This document shows positions 18,434 to 28,849 of a DNA stretch of 64,000 nt, piece after piece (within the stretch, counting starts at the first letter, position 1; every line of letters starts with the position of its first letter). Made by a program: the position numbers and the translations under genes. The stretch lies in the IMG/VR virus record IMGVR_UViG_3300022602_000001; one strand, written 5' to 3'. The stretch comes from a virus. The notes under the pieces were generated by a model. That model worked only from the letters and a program-made list of their open reading frames with translations. It had not been told where the DNA came from and searched no databases.

Positions 18434-21400
18434 ATGGACGCAGGAATGGACAATAAAATATCCAACGTTCTTGGGAAGGCGCTCCCCCAGTGGCTTAAGA
18501 ATCAGTTGGGAACAAGAATAAAGGCCAACACACAGTCCAGCAGGAACGATGAAAATATTCTCTACTTGGGAAACAGAACGGCCTGGGTCAGGCTGGTGTC
18601 CTCGATCGATCTTTCCAAAAACGGCAATCTTTCCAGCAACGACATAGACTACTTTAAAAACACTTTGGGCATAGAAGACATAAAAGAGCCGGCAGACCTG
18701 TCCAAGAAGTTCGTTCTTTTTGGAGGCACCTCTCAGTACCTGAAATCAGACCAAGGAAAGTTGAGGTCTGGACTGGGCAGAGACGGATCGTACGGAATTA
18801 TGGGAGAAGAAGAAATAAAAAAATACGGCTACAGGCCCATGCCAGGGATAACTGACGCAAAGATAGAGACTCAGGGAAGGTTGGGATCACTGAAGATGGC
18901 CACCATAAATTTCAAAGTCTGGGACAGAATGCAGCTGGACGTGATCGACGCTCTGTACTTCAAGCTGGGTTACACCATGCTACTTGAGTGGGGGCACACG
19001 GTGTACTACACCACAGATCAAAAGACTGCAGACATAAATTACAACTACTCTGAGTTCAACGCAATAGATCCATTTATCAATAATCTGTCAAAGGAGACCA
19101 TCAATTTGATGATAGCGCAGAAATCGAGGCAGTCTGAGGGAAACTACGACGGCATGCTTGGGGTCGTGACCAACTTCAACTTTTCTTACAACCAGGAAGG
19201 TGGATACGACTGCACCCTAAAAATAATAGGCCTTGGATCAATAGGAGACACCCTAAAAATAAACAATCCGGGAAACTTGCCGGATTTTGTCAGAGCTCAG
19301 TTAAAGCTGTACATAGAGACCCTGACTAAAGCAAAGATAGCAGAGGAGGAGAAGAAGATGAATGATCAAATTTCCGCCCAAGAAAAAAATTTAACAGACA
19401 CTCTTAATAATCAATTGGCTGCTGTAACGGGAATATCTTACTCTGAAAAAATAAAGCAACTACAAGAAGCTGGAAAAAATATAGACTACATAAATACATC
19501 AGATCAAGAAAATACAGCACACACCATTGATAAAAAAATAAACGACTCTAATATAGATTCTGCTATAGAAAAAAATTTATTAACTATACAGACAATTTAT
19601 GAAGTATTTGCTTTTCCTAAATTTAAAAAAATTCTTATTGCAGGAGACGATAATTTAAAAAATGCAACAGTCAAAGTTGATTTAACTGCTGCAAATAAGT
19701 TTTTTTTATCAGATAATGGCGTTCAAGATTATTTACCGTATAATCCACTTGTAAATTATCCAGGTTACAAGAATGAACCATATAATAGATTTAAAGAAAC
19801 GAATGATGATTTTTATTATAGCAAAATAACATATGAAGATAAAAATAAAATTCAATACAGTGTAGGTGTTACTGTACCAAATAAATTAAAAAAAGACGGT
19901 TATGTGAATATAGATTTATTTAAAAATTCTAGTTTCACAAATTTTTATGAAAGTAATATTCCGTATATTGTATATGGAGTAAGAGATAAAATATTTGCTT
20001 CATTGTTTGATAGCGAGGATTGGAATTTTGATTTAGACGGAAAAAAAAATTACGATGGTACTCAATACTCATTATACAATGTTGTAGACACATACAATTA
20101 TTCTAAATATGATGCAAATACGTTTACACATTATGATGTCAATCTATCATATCGTAAAATTAAATTTACTTTATATAAAAAGCTAACAATAACAGTACCA
20201 AGAGTAGGCAAAAAAGATACAGAAACAAAAGATCGTATTTCAGGAATAGTAAATGGAATTAAAGGAGTAACTGAGGAAAATGTGCAATTTGATTTATATG
20301 TCGGTCTTACATTTGATGATGCAGCATTAATTACAAATATTCAGCAAAATATAGATGGTTATAAAACAAAAGAAGCTGAACAAATACAAATACAACAAGA
20401 TTTAAAGAATCAAATAAAACAACTGGAAGATAAAAAAAACCAGCCTCCTGAAGCCCCAGATCAACAGGCAACAGACGCGCAACTGGACTCGTCTTTGAAC
20501 TACCAGTCCAATTTGGAGCTTGCAATAAAAGCGGTGGAACTGTACGCCCTTTCCACGTCGATAAGGTCTAGAGGAGGTAAATTAGACTTGAACAACAGCG
20601 TGTACAGCTACTCACTTTCTAAGGATAGTAACAAAGACGGATTTTTTAAAAAACTAATGGAAAAAAGTATTTTTGGAGGTATTTTTCAAGATCTTTTTGT
20701 GGGTGGAATAAATGACGACAATAATTTTGGTATTGAGGATTCTTACGTAAGTAATTTGATAAACGCCACCGAAAATATAAAGTTCAGGGTATTTTCAAAG
20801 TACGGATTCAACAGCGCGCTGATGGGAGGAAAGACTGCTGCATTTGGCTCGAATAAATCTTTTTTGGTGCACTCTGTGGACTACGGGGAGCTCACCACAG
20901 TTTACGTGGTTCCATACACAATAAATGACACCGGAGACGGAGGCACTCAAATAGTGCATCCTGTGTACTTGCAGCTTGGGTTTGTTCTTATGCTGATAAA
21001 CTCAATGGCAGTCATATACGAGTCGGACTCACATCCAGAAAGTGATGCAAAAAGCACGACCTCTAAACCACTGGTCTATGTGGACTTCAATCCAGAAACA
21101 AACCGCTGCTTCACAAACTCCTTGCAGTTCAGCACAAATCCTCTAAACTTTTTAATTCCAATACAGGCAACTTTAAGCGACTACAAGACTCTTTTTGGCA
21201 AAAACACATTGGACAGTGATTCAATAAAAGCGCCTCAAAGCGGATCCACTAGTCCACTGTACGATCCAGCAAAAGAAGCGAACATATTTTCAGGAGTTGG
21301 CCTTCCAAAGTTTAGGGAAGGAGGCGCTGCTGGGGCTTACAGCGGAAAGACCATGAAGATGCTTGTGAGCTGCGAGTACCTGCTGGGGCTGGTGAGCAGC

Positions 21401-22846
21401 TTTGCAGACAAGAATTCATTGAACAAGGTGTACCTCAGGCCGTTTTTGGACCAATTGGTGTCGGACATAAATAAGTACTTGGGAGCCATGAACGTTTTTA
21501 GGGTGTCATACGATGATTCTTCCAACTGCTTTTCCATCGTTGACGACCAAACGCAGCCGCTGTTACCATCAGAGGTTGTTGTAACTTCAAAATTGAACGA
21601 CCAAATACCCGTGTATGGAAAAGATTCATTGGCAAAGTCTCTGAACATACAGACGGATATATCTACAAACCTTTCCAACATGATTGCGGTGTCTGCCAAT
21701 TCCCATCCAAGCGACCAATCAGCAAACTCAACAAACGCCAGCAGCTTTGGATTCATAAACAACTCCTACACTGATAGGTACGTGCCTGTCAGAAAGGATC
21801 TTACTGCTGACGAAATAAAACAAAATAATGATAATCAGGAGAGTATTGAAAAAAAGAATTTGGACTCTACTCTGAGATCAGAACAAAAGTTCAACGAGGC
21901 AATAAGGCAGTTCTACGGAAAACTGACCGTCAACAAAGACGATATTAATCAGGCAACTAGCTACTACATAGAAAAAATAACAAAGATTAATAACAACGAT
22001 ACTAGTCCAACAAGGGCGTCTGCAATGATACCCGTGTCAGTCAACTTCACAACAGAAGGAATATCAGGATTCAACATGGGCCACGCTTTTACCCTCCCAC
22101 CAGAGGTGCTTCCCTACACGTACACTGCAAGAAACACCCCTTACTTGAGTAAAACAACAGGAATAGGAGCGTCTGACACAAAGGTGGCATTTGTTGTGAC
22201 GGGACTCAGCCACAACCTTCAGAACAACATGTGGGACACGGCCATCAAAGGAAACATGATACTCATAAAGGATCAAAGTGTGTACTCAGAAGGAAAAATA
22301 AATACAGAGTACAGCTCCACCGTCATAGTAAAACCTGCAACTGAAGAAGAAAAAGCTAATCTTGATAAAGTTAATACGCAATCTGATTACTCTAATTATC
22401 CAACTGCCACTGAAGTGAATTCATATAAAAACACTCTATTTGTAGACGGGCCCATGGGGCAGGCTCTTAGTGACTTTACAATTGGCAAAATTGACACAAA
22501 ATTATTGGATGATGTTGACGCTGCAGCCAAAGCAGCTGGAGTCAAAGTCACAATAACCACAGCCTTCACAGGACATGAATCATACACAACCGCTGGAAAT
22601 TATAGCAGGCACCAATTTAACGGAATTGCACGCGCGGTTGACATAGCAATAATAGACAAAAAGCCAGTAAATAAAAAAAATACTTCAGCTATTGAATTTA
22701 TGAAAAAATTGATTGGATTAGGTTATCAGTACAACGTTCCTGAAAGCGGAAGACCCAAAGTTGTTTTGGGGCCAGGTTTTGACGGAACGCCTGATTTTCC
22801 TAATCACGGAACTCACGTGCACGTATCCTATAGAGACGATCTTTAA
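18434..22846 (+). CDS. Large baseplate hub protein with C-terminal Zn-peptidase (M15-like) domain
   Basis: RPMPGI, LEWGH, NYDGMLG.V.NF hub motifs; C-terminal SRH...AVDI and HGTHVHVS. Confidence 0.7.
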   Translation: MDAGMDNKISNVLGKALPQWLKNQLGTRIKANTQSSRNDENILYLGNRTAWVRLVSSIDLSKNGNLSSNDIDYFKNTLGIEDIKEPADLSKKFVLFGGTSQYLKSDQGKLRSGLGRDGSYGIMGEEEIKKYGYRPMPGITDAKIETQGRLGSLKMATINFKVWDRMQLDVIDALYFKLGYTMLLEWGHTVYYTTDQKTADINYNYSEFNAIDPFINNLSKETINLMIAQKSRQSEGNYDGMLGVVTNFNFSYNQEGGYDCTLKIIGLGSIGDTLKINNPGNLPDFVRAQLKLYIETLTKAKIAEEEKKMNDQISAQEKNLTDTLNNQLAAVTGISYSEKIKQLQEAGKNIDYINTSDQENTAHTIDKKINDSNIDSAIEKNLLTIQTIYEVFAFPKFKKILIAGDDNLKNATVKVDLTAANKFFLSDNGVQDYLPYNPLVNYPGYKNEPYNRFKETNDDFYYSKITYEDKNKIQYSVGVTVPNKLKKDGYVNIDLFKNSSFTNFYESNIPYIVYGVRDKIFASLFDSEDWNFDLDGKKNYDGTQYSLYNVVDTYNYSKYDANTFTHYDVNLSYRKIKFTLYKKLTITVPRVGKKDTETKDRISGIVNGIKGVTEENVQFDLYVGLTFDDAALITNIQQNIDGYKTKEAEQIQIQQDLKNQIKQLEDKKNQPPEAPDQQATDAQLDSSLNYQSNLELAIKAVELYALSTSIRSRGGKLDLNNSVYSYSLSKDSNKDGFFKKLMEKSIFGGIFQDLFVGGINDDNNFGIEDSYVSNLINATENIKFRVFSKYGFNSALMGGKTAAFGSNKSFLVHSVDYGELTTVYVVPYTINDTGDGGTQIVHPVYLQLGFVLMLINSMAVIYESDSHPESDAKSTTSKPLVYVDFNPETNRCFTNSLQFSTNPLNFLIPIQATLSDYKTLFGKNTLDSDSIKAPQSGSTSPLYDPAKEANIFSGVGLPKFREGGAAGAYSGKTMKMLVSCEYLLGLVSSFADKNSLNKVYLRPFLDQLVSDINKYLGAMNVFRVSYDDSSNCFSIVDDQTQPLLPSEVVVTSKLNDQIPVYGKDSLAKSLNIQTDISTNLSNMIAVSANSHPSDQSANSTNASSFGFINNSYTDRYVPVRKDLTADEIKQNNDNQESIEKKNLDSTLRSEQKFNEAIRQFYGKLTVNKDDINQATSYYIEKITKINNNDTSPTRASAMIPVSVNFTTEGISGFNMGHAFTLPPEVLPYTYTARNTPYLSKTTGIGASDTKVAFVVTGLSHNLQNNMWDTAIKGNMILIKDQSVYSEGKINTEYSSTVIVKPATEEEKANLDKVNTQSDYSNYPTATEVNSYKNTLFVDGPMGQALSDFTIGKIDTKLLDDVDAAAKAAGVKVTITTAFTGHESYTTAGNYSRHQFNGIARAVDIAIIDKKPVNKKNTSAIEFMKKLIGLGYQYNVPESGRPKVVLGPGFDGTPDFPNHGTHVHVSYRDDL

Positions 22847-22865
22847 AAGTGAAAAATAATCAACA

Positions 22866-23498
22866 ATGCCGATAAGATACTACCCGTCATTTAGGATAAG
22901 AAAGAACTTGAAAACCAACGGAGGTGAGCTGTCCCTGAACGGAGAGCCGTACTCTGGCCCCTACTATGTGACCTTTTCTGGAGAAATTTTTAGTGGCCCC
23001 GATCCGATCACTGGCCCCAACGAGCCCCTCGAGAGTATGAACGACTACGCTCAGGAGTCCGTCGGCCTGCAGTCAATTGGGGGCAGCAGGCAGTTTGTGA
23101 AGCAGATGGTCTCAGCAACAAAGAATGCATCTACAAAGCCGAAGCCCCTTGTGTCTCATTTTCCAAATCCAATAAAGAACGACTACGACCTTGGGTACAT
23201 AGACAGGTACTTTGCCAAGCAGATAAATAACAAAGGGTACATAACTGAGATCTCCCCACAGCAGTACACCGACATAAAGAACGGAGCAGTGGGCTACGAC
23301 GTGTCGATAATACAGGCCATCAGCATCAGGTGGAAGCTCACCGGCCCCCTCAACGCAGTTAGGATAAGCCAGTTCGACGTGAGGGCCGGAATAGTGGACA
23401 CAAACAAGAGGCTGGTAGAGGCCGCAAACCCAAACTTCTTTGGGCTGGTCGAGTTCATCGGAGGAAACTACTCAAAATTTGCAAGGCCAACTCAATAG
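22866..23498 (+). CDS. Conserved phage hypothetical protein (baseplate-associated)
   Basis: YYP..RI..NL.TNGGE, DY..GYI.RYF, WKLTGP motifs. Confidence 0.65.
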   Translation: MPIRYYPSFRIRKNLKTNGGELSLNGEPYSGPYYVTFSGEIFSGPDPITGPNEPLESMNDYAQESVGLQSIGGSRQFVKQMVSATKNASTKPKPLVSHFPNPIKNDYDLGYIDRYFAKQINNKGYITEISPQQYTDIKNGAVGYDVSIIQAISIRWKLTGPLNAVRISQFDVRAGIVDTNKRLVEAANPNFFGLVEFIGGNYSKFARPTQ

Positions 23499-23527
23499 TT
23501 TTATTTCATTTTGTAAAAATAGTGTCG

Positions 23528-23535
23528 TACTTTTG
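23528..23535 (+). promoter_or_regulatory. Bacteroidota-type -7 promoter element (TAnnTTTG)
   Basis: TACTTTTG at the structural-to-replication module boundary, 21 nt before an ATG. Confidence 0.55.
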
Positions 23536-23556
23536 TAGTCAATAAAGGTTACAAAC

Positions 23557-24867
23557 ATGTACTTCATAGTAGAAACAGAAGAACAGCTTGCAAGGATGTC
23601 CACTGCGGAGGAGTGTTTTGTTCATCTTGTATCGGGGAATGACCTCTGCCACCCAAAGCTGTCTTACCCTAGCCTGATCTACTACCACAACGGCAGTAAG
23701 GGGTACATAATGCCCGTGAAGCACTCGGAGGCATTCTCTCTTGGCCTTGATCTAATCGTTGACTTCCTATCAAAGCACGATCGGGTGTACATGGTGGACA
23801 AGAAGTACCACTCATATTTCTTTGATCTACCCAACACCATAGACGTAAATTTTGCCTGCATAGACAGAAACAACTCATACGAACCCAAGGACTGCAGCAC
23901 TAGACTTCACTCAAACTACTACTCCAAATTCTTCCGACTGAAGGGAGTCAACGAAATAATACCCATATCAAAGCACTACGAGAAGTGCCAGTGCCTGTAC
24001 GACTCAGTGAAGCATGCACTTGGTATGGAGTCCAATTTAGAATTCCAGAATGAGATGATTGCCGCGTACAGGAGCGTTGAAGAGAATCCAATTTTCATAG
24101 ATGCAGAAAAGTTTAAAAAGAAGTTCACTCTACATCAGGATCTTCATTCTAGGGTAGAAGACTCTGTGTACTCATACTACAACCTGTACAACCTTACCGG
24201 CCGGCCGACCAACTCGTTCAACGGGCTGAATTTTTTGGCAGTGCCAAAGGATCCAGAGTTCAGGGAGTGCTTTGTTTCAAAGAATGGGTACCTGGTTGAG
24301 TTCGACTTTGACGCGTACCATCTTAGGCTCATAGGAAACATGGTGGGCTACGACTGGGGAGCGGAGTCCGTGCACGCTCAGCTCGGAAGGCACTATTTCT
24401 GCAAGGGCGTCCTGACCCAAGAGGAGTACCAGGAGTCAAAGTCAATGACTTTTAAACAGCTGTACGGTGGGGTTGACGAGCGGCACAGGCGCATAGAGTT
24501 CTTTGCAAAGATGGACGACTTTGCGCAGGACCTGTGGAACAGCTACAAAAAGCAGGGAGCAGTTGCACTTCCCAGCGGCAGAGTGATAAAGTGGTCGGAG
24601 GACATGAGCAAGTACAAACTGTTCAACTACCTAGTGCAGAATAAGGAGACCGTGGTCAACACGAAAAAGATAAACAGTATAAACCACTACCTCAAGCAAA
24701 ACGGCATGAAGACGAGCCTCCTATTAATAACCTATGATGCTTTTCTGTTTGACTTCAGTCCAGAAGACGGAAAGCAGGCTCTTTTGAGCATAAAGGAGAT
24801 TCTTGAGGAGGGCGGCATGGTGGTGAGGCACAAATACGGAAGAGACTACTCATTTTCATCTCAATAA
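23557..24867 (+). CDS. Divergent short family A DNA polymerase-like protein
   Basis: TGRP.N, motif A FDFDAYHLRL, motif B K.MTFKQLYG, motif C TYDAFLFD; exonuclease region degenerate. Confidence 0.75.
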   Translation: MYFIVETEEQLARMSTAEECFVHLVSGNDLCHPKLSYPSLIYYHNGSKGYIMPVKHSEAFSLGLDLIVDFLSKHDRVYMVDKKYHSYFFDLPNTIDVNFACIDRNNSYEPKDCSTRLHSNYYSKFFRLKGVNEIIPISKHYEKCQCLYDSVKHALGMESNLEFQNEMIAAYRSVEENPIFIDAEKFKKKFTLHQDLHSRVEDSVYSYYNLYNLTGRPTNSFNGLNFLAVPKDPEFRECFVSKNGYLVEFDFDAYHLRLIGNMVGYDWGAESVHAQLGRHYFCKGVLTQEEYQESKSMTFKQLYGGVDERHRRIEFFAKMDDFAQDLWNSYKKQGAVALPSGRVIKWSEDMSKYKLFNYLVQNKETVVNTKKINSINHYLKQNGMKTSLLLITYDAFLFDFSPEDGKQALLSIKEILEEGGMVVRHKYGRDYSFSSQ

Positions 24868-24892
24868 TTAATATTTATAAGTAATAGCAGTT

Positions 24893-25333
24893 ATGGAAAA
24901 TTTAAAGTTGATAGAACTAACACCGGAAGACATAATGAACAAATTATTTTGCAGCTTCACTCCAAAGGAGGAATTGGACGAGAGGCTGCAGGAAATAAAC
25001 AGAGAGTACAAGATAATGTACGGAAAGATATTCGTGCTGGAGTCCCTAGACTCAGACGAGTACATGTGCACCTACAACATAGAGATAGAGTCTTCCATCA
25101 CCAGAGTTCTTAAGAACACAATCCTTCTTCACAGAAAAAAGGAATCAAACACCCTGTACACCATAAATGCACTCAACACGCTGATCAGGTCCCTGAACGA
25201 CGGAGTGCTGGACACCAAGTACATGATCAACTGGATGGACTACAAGAACTCAGTGCTCCTGACCCAGGGCAGTGAACTGAGAAAATTGGACACTGCAATC
25301 CACAGGATAGTAAATGTGTCACTTGATTTTTAA
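24893..25333 (+). CDS. Conserved phage hypothetical protein
   Basis: NKLFCSF, TYN, HRKKESNTLYTINALN motif. Confidence 0.75.
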   Translation: MENLKLIELTPEDIMNKLFCSFTPKEELDERLQEINREYKIMYGKIFVLESLDSDEYMCTYNIEIESSITRVLKNTILLHRKKESNTLYTINALNTLIRSLNDGVLDTKYMINWMDYKNSVLLTQGSELRKLDTAIHRIVNVSLDF

Positions 25334-25393
25334 ATTTTTTATCTTCAATTTGATTCCTTAGATTTCAATCATTAACTAAAACAACACAGAGTT

Positions 25394-26221
25394 ATGGATT
25401 TATCAGCATTAAAGAGCCGTTTGGCGGCTCTACAAAATCCTCGTGCTGGCCAGGGTGGGGAGACAGCAAAGACCCTATGGTCCCCATCGGTCGGAAAGCA
25501 CCTGGTGCGCCTAGTTCCGTCTGCGTACAACAAGTCAAACCCATTCAAGGAGCTGTTCTTCTACTACGGCATCGGCAACAAAAACGCAATGATTGCACTG
25601 ACAAACTTTGGCGAAAAGGACCCCATTGTGGAGTTCTGCCAAGGATTGAGAAGGTCCTCAGTGAAAGAGGACTGGCAGCTTGCAAGAAAATTGGAGCCAA
25701 AGATGAGGGTGTACGCACCTGTAATCGTCAGAGGGGAGGAAGAGCTTGGAGTGGTTCTTTGGGGATTTGGCAAGCAGGTGTACATGGACCTGTTGGCGCT
25801 GGTTGAGGACGAGGACGTGGGCGACTTCACTGACCCAGTTCAGGGCCGCGACATAACGATAGACGTGCTAGGCAAAGAGAGCACAGGCCTGAACTACAAC
25901 ACGTCGAGCATAAGGGTGAAGACCAAGGTGACCCCACTGTCGTCGGATCCAGCAAAGATGAAATTATGGCTCAGCACTCAGCCTGACCCAATGACCCAAT
26001 TTAGGAAGTACACGTACGACGAGATGAAGAGCACTCTGATGGCCCACTTGAACCCAGAAGAGGAGGCTCCAGCAGCTCCTGCCTCCCCTGAAATCAAGGA
26101 AGAGGGCATCGGCGACCTTCCTTGGGAAAAAGAACCACCCAAGTCCAAAAACCAGTTCTCTTTGAGCACGTCAAAAACAGACATAGACTCAAAGATAGAC
26201 GAACTTTTCAAATTTGACTAA
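25394..26221 (+). CDS. Single-stranded DNA-binding protein (gp32-like)
   Basis: W.P..G...VR.VP, NPF.EL.FYY, GDFTDP..GRDI motifs; acidic C-terminal tail. Confidence 0.85.
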   Translation: MDLSALKSRLAALQNPRAGQGGETAKTLWSPSVGKHLVRLVPSAYNKSNPFKELFFYYGIGNKNAMIALTNFGEKDPIVEFCQGLRRSSVKEDWQLARKLEPKMRVYAPVIVRGEEELGVVLWGFGKQVYMDLLALVEDEDVGDFTDPVQGRDITIDVLGKESTGLNYNTSSIRVKTKVTPLSSDPAKMKLWLSTQPDPMTQFRKYTYDEMKSTLMAHLNPEEEAPAAPASPEIKEEGIGDLPWEKEPPKSKNQFSLSTSKTDIDSKIDELFKFD

Positions 26222-26226
26222 CAAAC

Positions 26227-26251
26227 AAAGCCCTCAAAAGAGGGCTTTTTT
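26227..26251 (+). terminator. Intrinsic terminator
   Basis: aaagccctc-aaaa-gagggcttt hairpin plus T-run. Confidence 0.85.
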
Positions 26252-26264
26252 AACGTTAAAAAAG

Positions 26265-27332
26265 ATGGCAAAAGCACTAACAAATAAAATAGCAACGGCT
26301 ATAAAGACAGAATTCAACCTTGAAAAATTCAAGACGTCAAAGAACCTCTCGTCGTCTTCTGTGAAGTTCAAGGACACAAAGTGGATTCCTCTGTCTCCTG
26401 CTTTTCAGGAAGCTCTGCAGATACCTGGAATTCCAATTGGGCACATAACTCTGCTGAGGGGACACTCGGACACGGGCAAAACCACAGCACTTCTGGAGAC
26501 GGCAGTGCAGGCGCAGAAGATGAACATACTCCCAGTATTCATAATCACCGAGATGAAGTGGAGCTGGGACCACGCAAGGGAGATGGGGCTTAAGTTCGAG
26601 GAGGTGCCAAACGAGGATGGAGTGGTTGCGGACTACTCGGGGTTCTTCATCTATGTGGATAGGGAAAAGTTAAACTGCATAGAGGACGTGTCAGCCTTCA
26701 TACTGGACATTCTGGACGAGCAGAAGAGGGGAAACCTTCCGTACGACCTGTGCTTCTTGTGGGACTCCGTAGGCTCCATACCTTGCAGGATGTCCATAGA
26801 GAAGTCGACCAACAACAACGAGTGGAACGCAGGAGCAATGTCTCAGCAGTTTGGGAACTTTGTCAACCAAAAAATAGTGATGTCCAGAAAGGAGAGCCAG
26901 CCCCACACAAACACCATGGTTGCGATCAACAAGGTGTGGGTGGCCAAGCCAGAGCACATAATGGGCCAGCCAAAGATGAAGAACAAGGGCGGGGACACGA
27001 TGTTCTTTGACTCCAGCCTGATAATAACGTTCGGCAACGTGACGAACTCAGGTACCAATAAAATAAAGGCCACAAAAAATGGAAAGGAGGTCGAATTTGC
27101 AAAGAGGACAAAGCTCTCCTGCGACAAGAACCACATAACCGGCGTGACCGCAACGAACAAGCTGATAATGACAGTCCATGGATTCATTGAGGACAAGCCA
27201 TCCGCACTGGAAAAGTACAAAAAGCAATACTCCAACCAGTGGCTCCAAGTGCTGGGGTCTACAGACTTTGACCTTGTTGAGGAGCAGGACGCAGATGCAA
27301 AGGACATTTTTGACTCATCAGACTCAGAGTAA
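26265..27332 (+). CDS. RecA/UvsX-like recombinase
   Basis: GHSDTGKT Walker A, WDSVG Walker B; start placed at ATG 26265 after the terminator. Confidence 0.85.
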   Translation: MAKALTNKIATAIKTEFNLEKFKTSKNLSSSSVKFKDTKWIPLSPAFQEALQIPGIPIGHITLLRGHSDTGKTTALLETAVQAQKMNILPVFIITEMKWSWDHAREMGLKFEEVPNEDGVVADYSGFFIYVDREKLNCIEDVSAFILDILDEQKRGNLPYDLCFLWDSVGSIPCRMSIEKSTNNNEWNAGAMSQQFGNFVNQKIVMSRKESQPHTNTMVAINKVWVAKPEHIMGQPKMKNKGGDTMFFDSSLIITFGNVTNSGTNKIKATKNGKEVEFAKRTKLSCDKNHITGVTATNKLIMTVHGFIEDKPSALEKYKKQYSNQWLQVLGSTDFDLVEEQDADAKDIFDSSDSE

Positions 27333-28363
27333 TGGAAGACAGACACAAAAAAATGATGGAATTCCTTGGAAAGGAGGACCAGAGCAAAAAAGCAGCACCC
27401 TTAAAAATAAACGATCGGGTGCTCATAGTGGACTCGCTGAACTCCTTCATAAGGTCTTTCACAATAATAAACCACGTAAACAAGTACGGAATCCACATAG
27501 GGGGACTCTCTGGATACTTGAAGTCGCTGGGGTACGCTATAAATTTGGTGAGGCCAACTAGGGTGATGCTGGTTTTCGACGGCCAGGGAGGGTCTACCAA
27601 CAAGAGGTACCTCTACCCTGAGTACAAGGCGAACAGAGGGTACAGGAGGGTGACCAACTGGGAGCTGTTTGACAACCAGGAGCAGGAAGCAGAGTCCATA
27701 ACCAACCAAATACTGAGGCTGATAGACTACCTGAAGTGCCTCCCCGTCGACCTGCTGTCAATAGACAAGATAGAGGCGGACGACGTGATTGGGTGCCTGT
27801 GCAACAATCTTCAAGGAGAGGTGACCATAGTTTCCAGCGACAGGGACTATCTGCAGTTGGTCAACGACAGGGTCTGCGTATACTCACCAGTGAAGAAGAA
27901 GTTCTACGAGCCAAAGGACGTACTGAAAGAGTATGGAGTGACTCCACAGAATTTTCTGATGCAGAAGGTCATAACCGGCGATGCAGGAGACAACGTTCCA
28001 GGAGTCAAGGGAATAGGGCAAAAGACCCTTTTAAAGCACTACCCCGAACTGTCGGAACAGGAAGTGTACACTCTAGACGAGATGTTGAACAAGGCAAAGT
28101 CAAACAGCGCAAGTGCCTACAAAAAGATAGTTGCTTTTGAGAGCCAGCTCAGGATAAACGAAAAGCTGATGGACCTTAAAAAGGTGAACATACCGGAGGA
28201 TTCAATGTTGGTGATAGAGGAGGTTCTGAGCAGCCCAAATAAGCTGTTCAGGCCAAAGGAGTTTGCGGAGCTGTACGAGGAGGACGACCTAGGAAAGAGC
28301 ATAAACAACCTGCAGTTGTGGCTGTTTGAAAAGTTCCATGCTCTGTCAAAATACGAACAATAA
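27332..28363 (+). CDS. 5'-3' exonuclease/flap endonuclease (T4 RNase H-like)
   Basis: VDSLN, FDG, YKANR, EADD, SSDRD, GD.GDNVPGVKGIG.KT motifs. Confidence 0.92.
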   Translation: MEDRHKKMMEFLGKEDQSKKAAPLKINDRVLIVDSLNSFIRSFTIINHVNKYGIHIGGLSGYLKSLGYAINLVRPTRVMLVFDGQGGSTNKRYLYPEYKANRGYRRVTNWELFDNQEQEAESITNQILRLIDYLKCLPVDLLSIDKIEADDVIGCLCNNLQGEVTIVSSDRDYLQLVNDRVCVYSPVKKKFYEPKDVLKEYGVTPQNFLMQKVITGDAGDNVPGVKGIGQKTLLKHYPELSEQEVYTLDEMLNKAKSNSASAYKKIVAFESQLRINEKLMDLKKVNIPEDSMLVIEEVLSSPNKLFRPKEFAELYEEDDLGKSINNLQLWLFEKFHALSKYEQ

Positions 28364-28379
28364 AAAAAACAAAAAAGTT

Positions 28380-28844
28380 ATGTACCAAGAAGTATACGGA
28401 GACCTGATTAAATTGACAAAAGACGGGCATTTTGACGTCATTACCCACGGTTGCAATTGCATGTGCAAAATGGGAGCAGGGATTGCTCCACAGATGGCCA
28501 GAGCATTTGGATGCAACGGATACCCACTGGAAGAATTATCAACAGAGGGAGACATGGACAAATTGGGAAGGATCGACTGGAAGTACTACCCAATCTCTCC
28601 CAATAAAAGCGTAGCGGTGGTAAACTCTTACACACAGTACTCTCCAGCGCCATGGCTTAAGCCGTTGGACTACGAAGCGCTGACGCTCTGCATGAGAAAA
28701 ATCAATCACGCATTCAAGGGAAAACATGTTGGACTTCCGCAAATAGGTGCCGGCCTGGCAGGAGGAGATTGGGAAAGGATCAAACAAATAATACAAACGG
28801 AATTGAAGGACTGTAACACAACAGTTGTCATATTCAAAAAATAA
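28380..28844 (+). CDS. Macro-domain (ADP-ribose-processing) protein
   Basis: GDL, HGCNC...MGAGIA, N.YTQ, P.IGAGLAGG.W motifs; start at aaagttATG 28380. Confidence 0.88.
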   Translation: MYQEVYGDLIKLTKDGHFDVITHGCNCMCKMGAGIAPQMARAFGCNGYPLEELSTEGDMDKLGRIDWKYYPISPNKSVAVVNSYTQYSPAPWLKPLDYEALTLCMRKINHAFKGKHVGLPQIGAGLAGGDWERIKQIIQTELKDCNTTVVIFKK

Positions 28845-28849
28845 AAATA

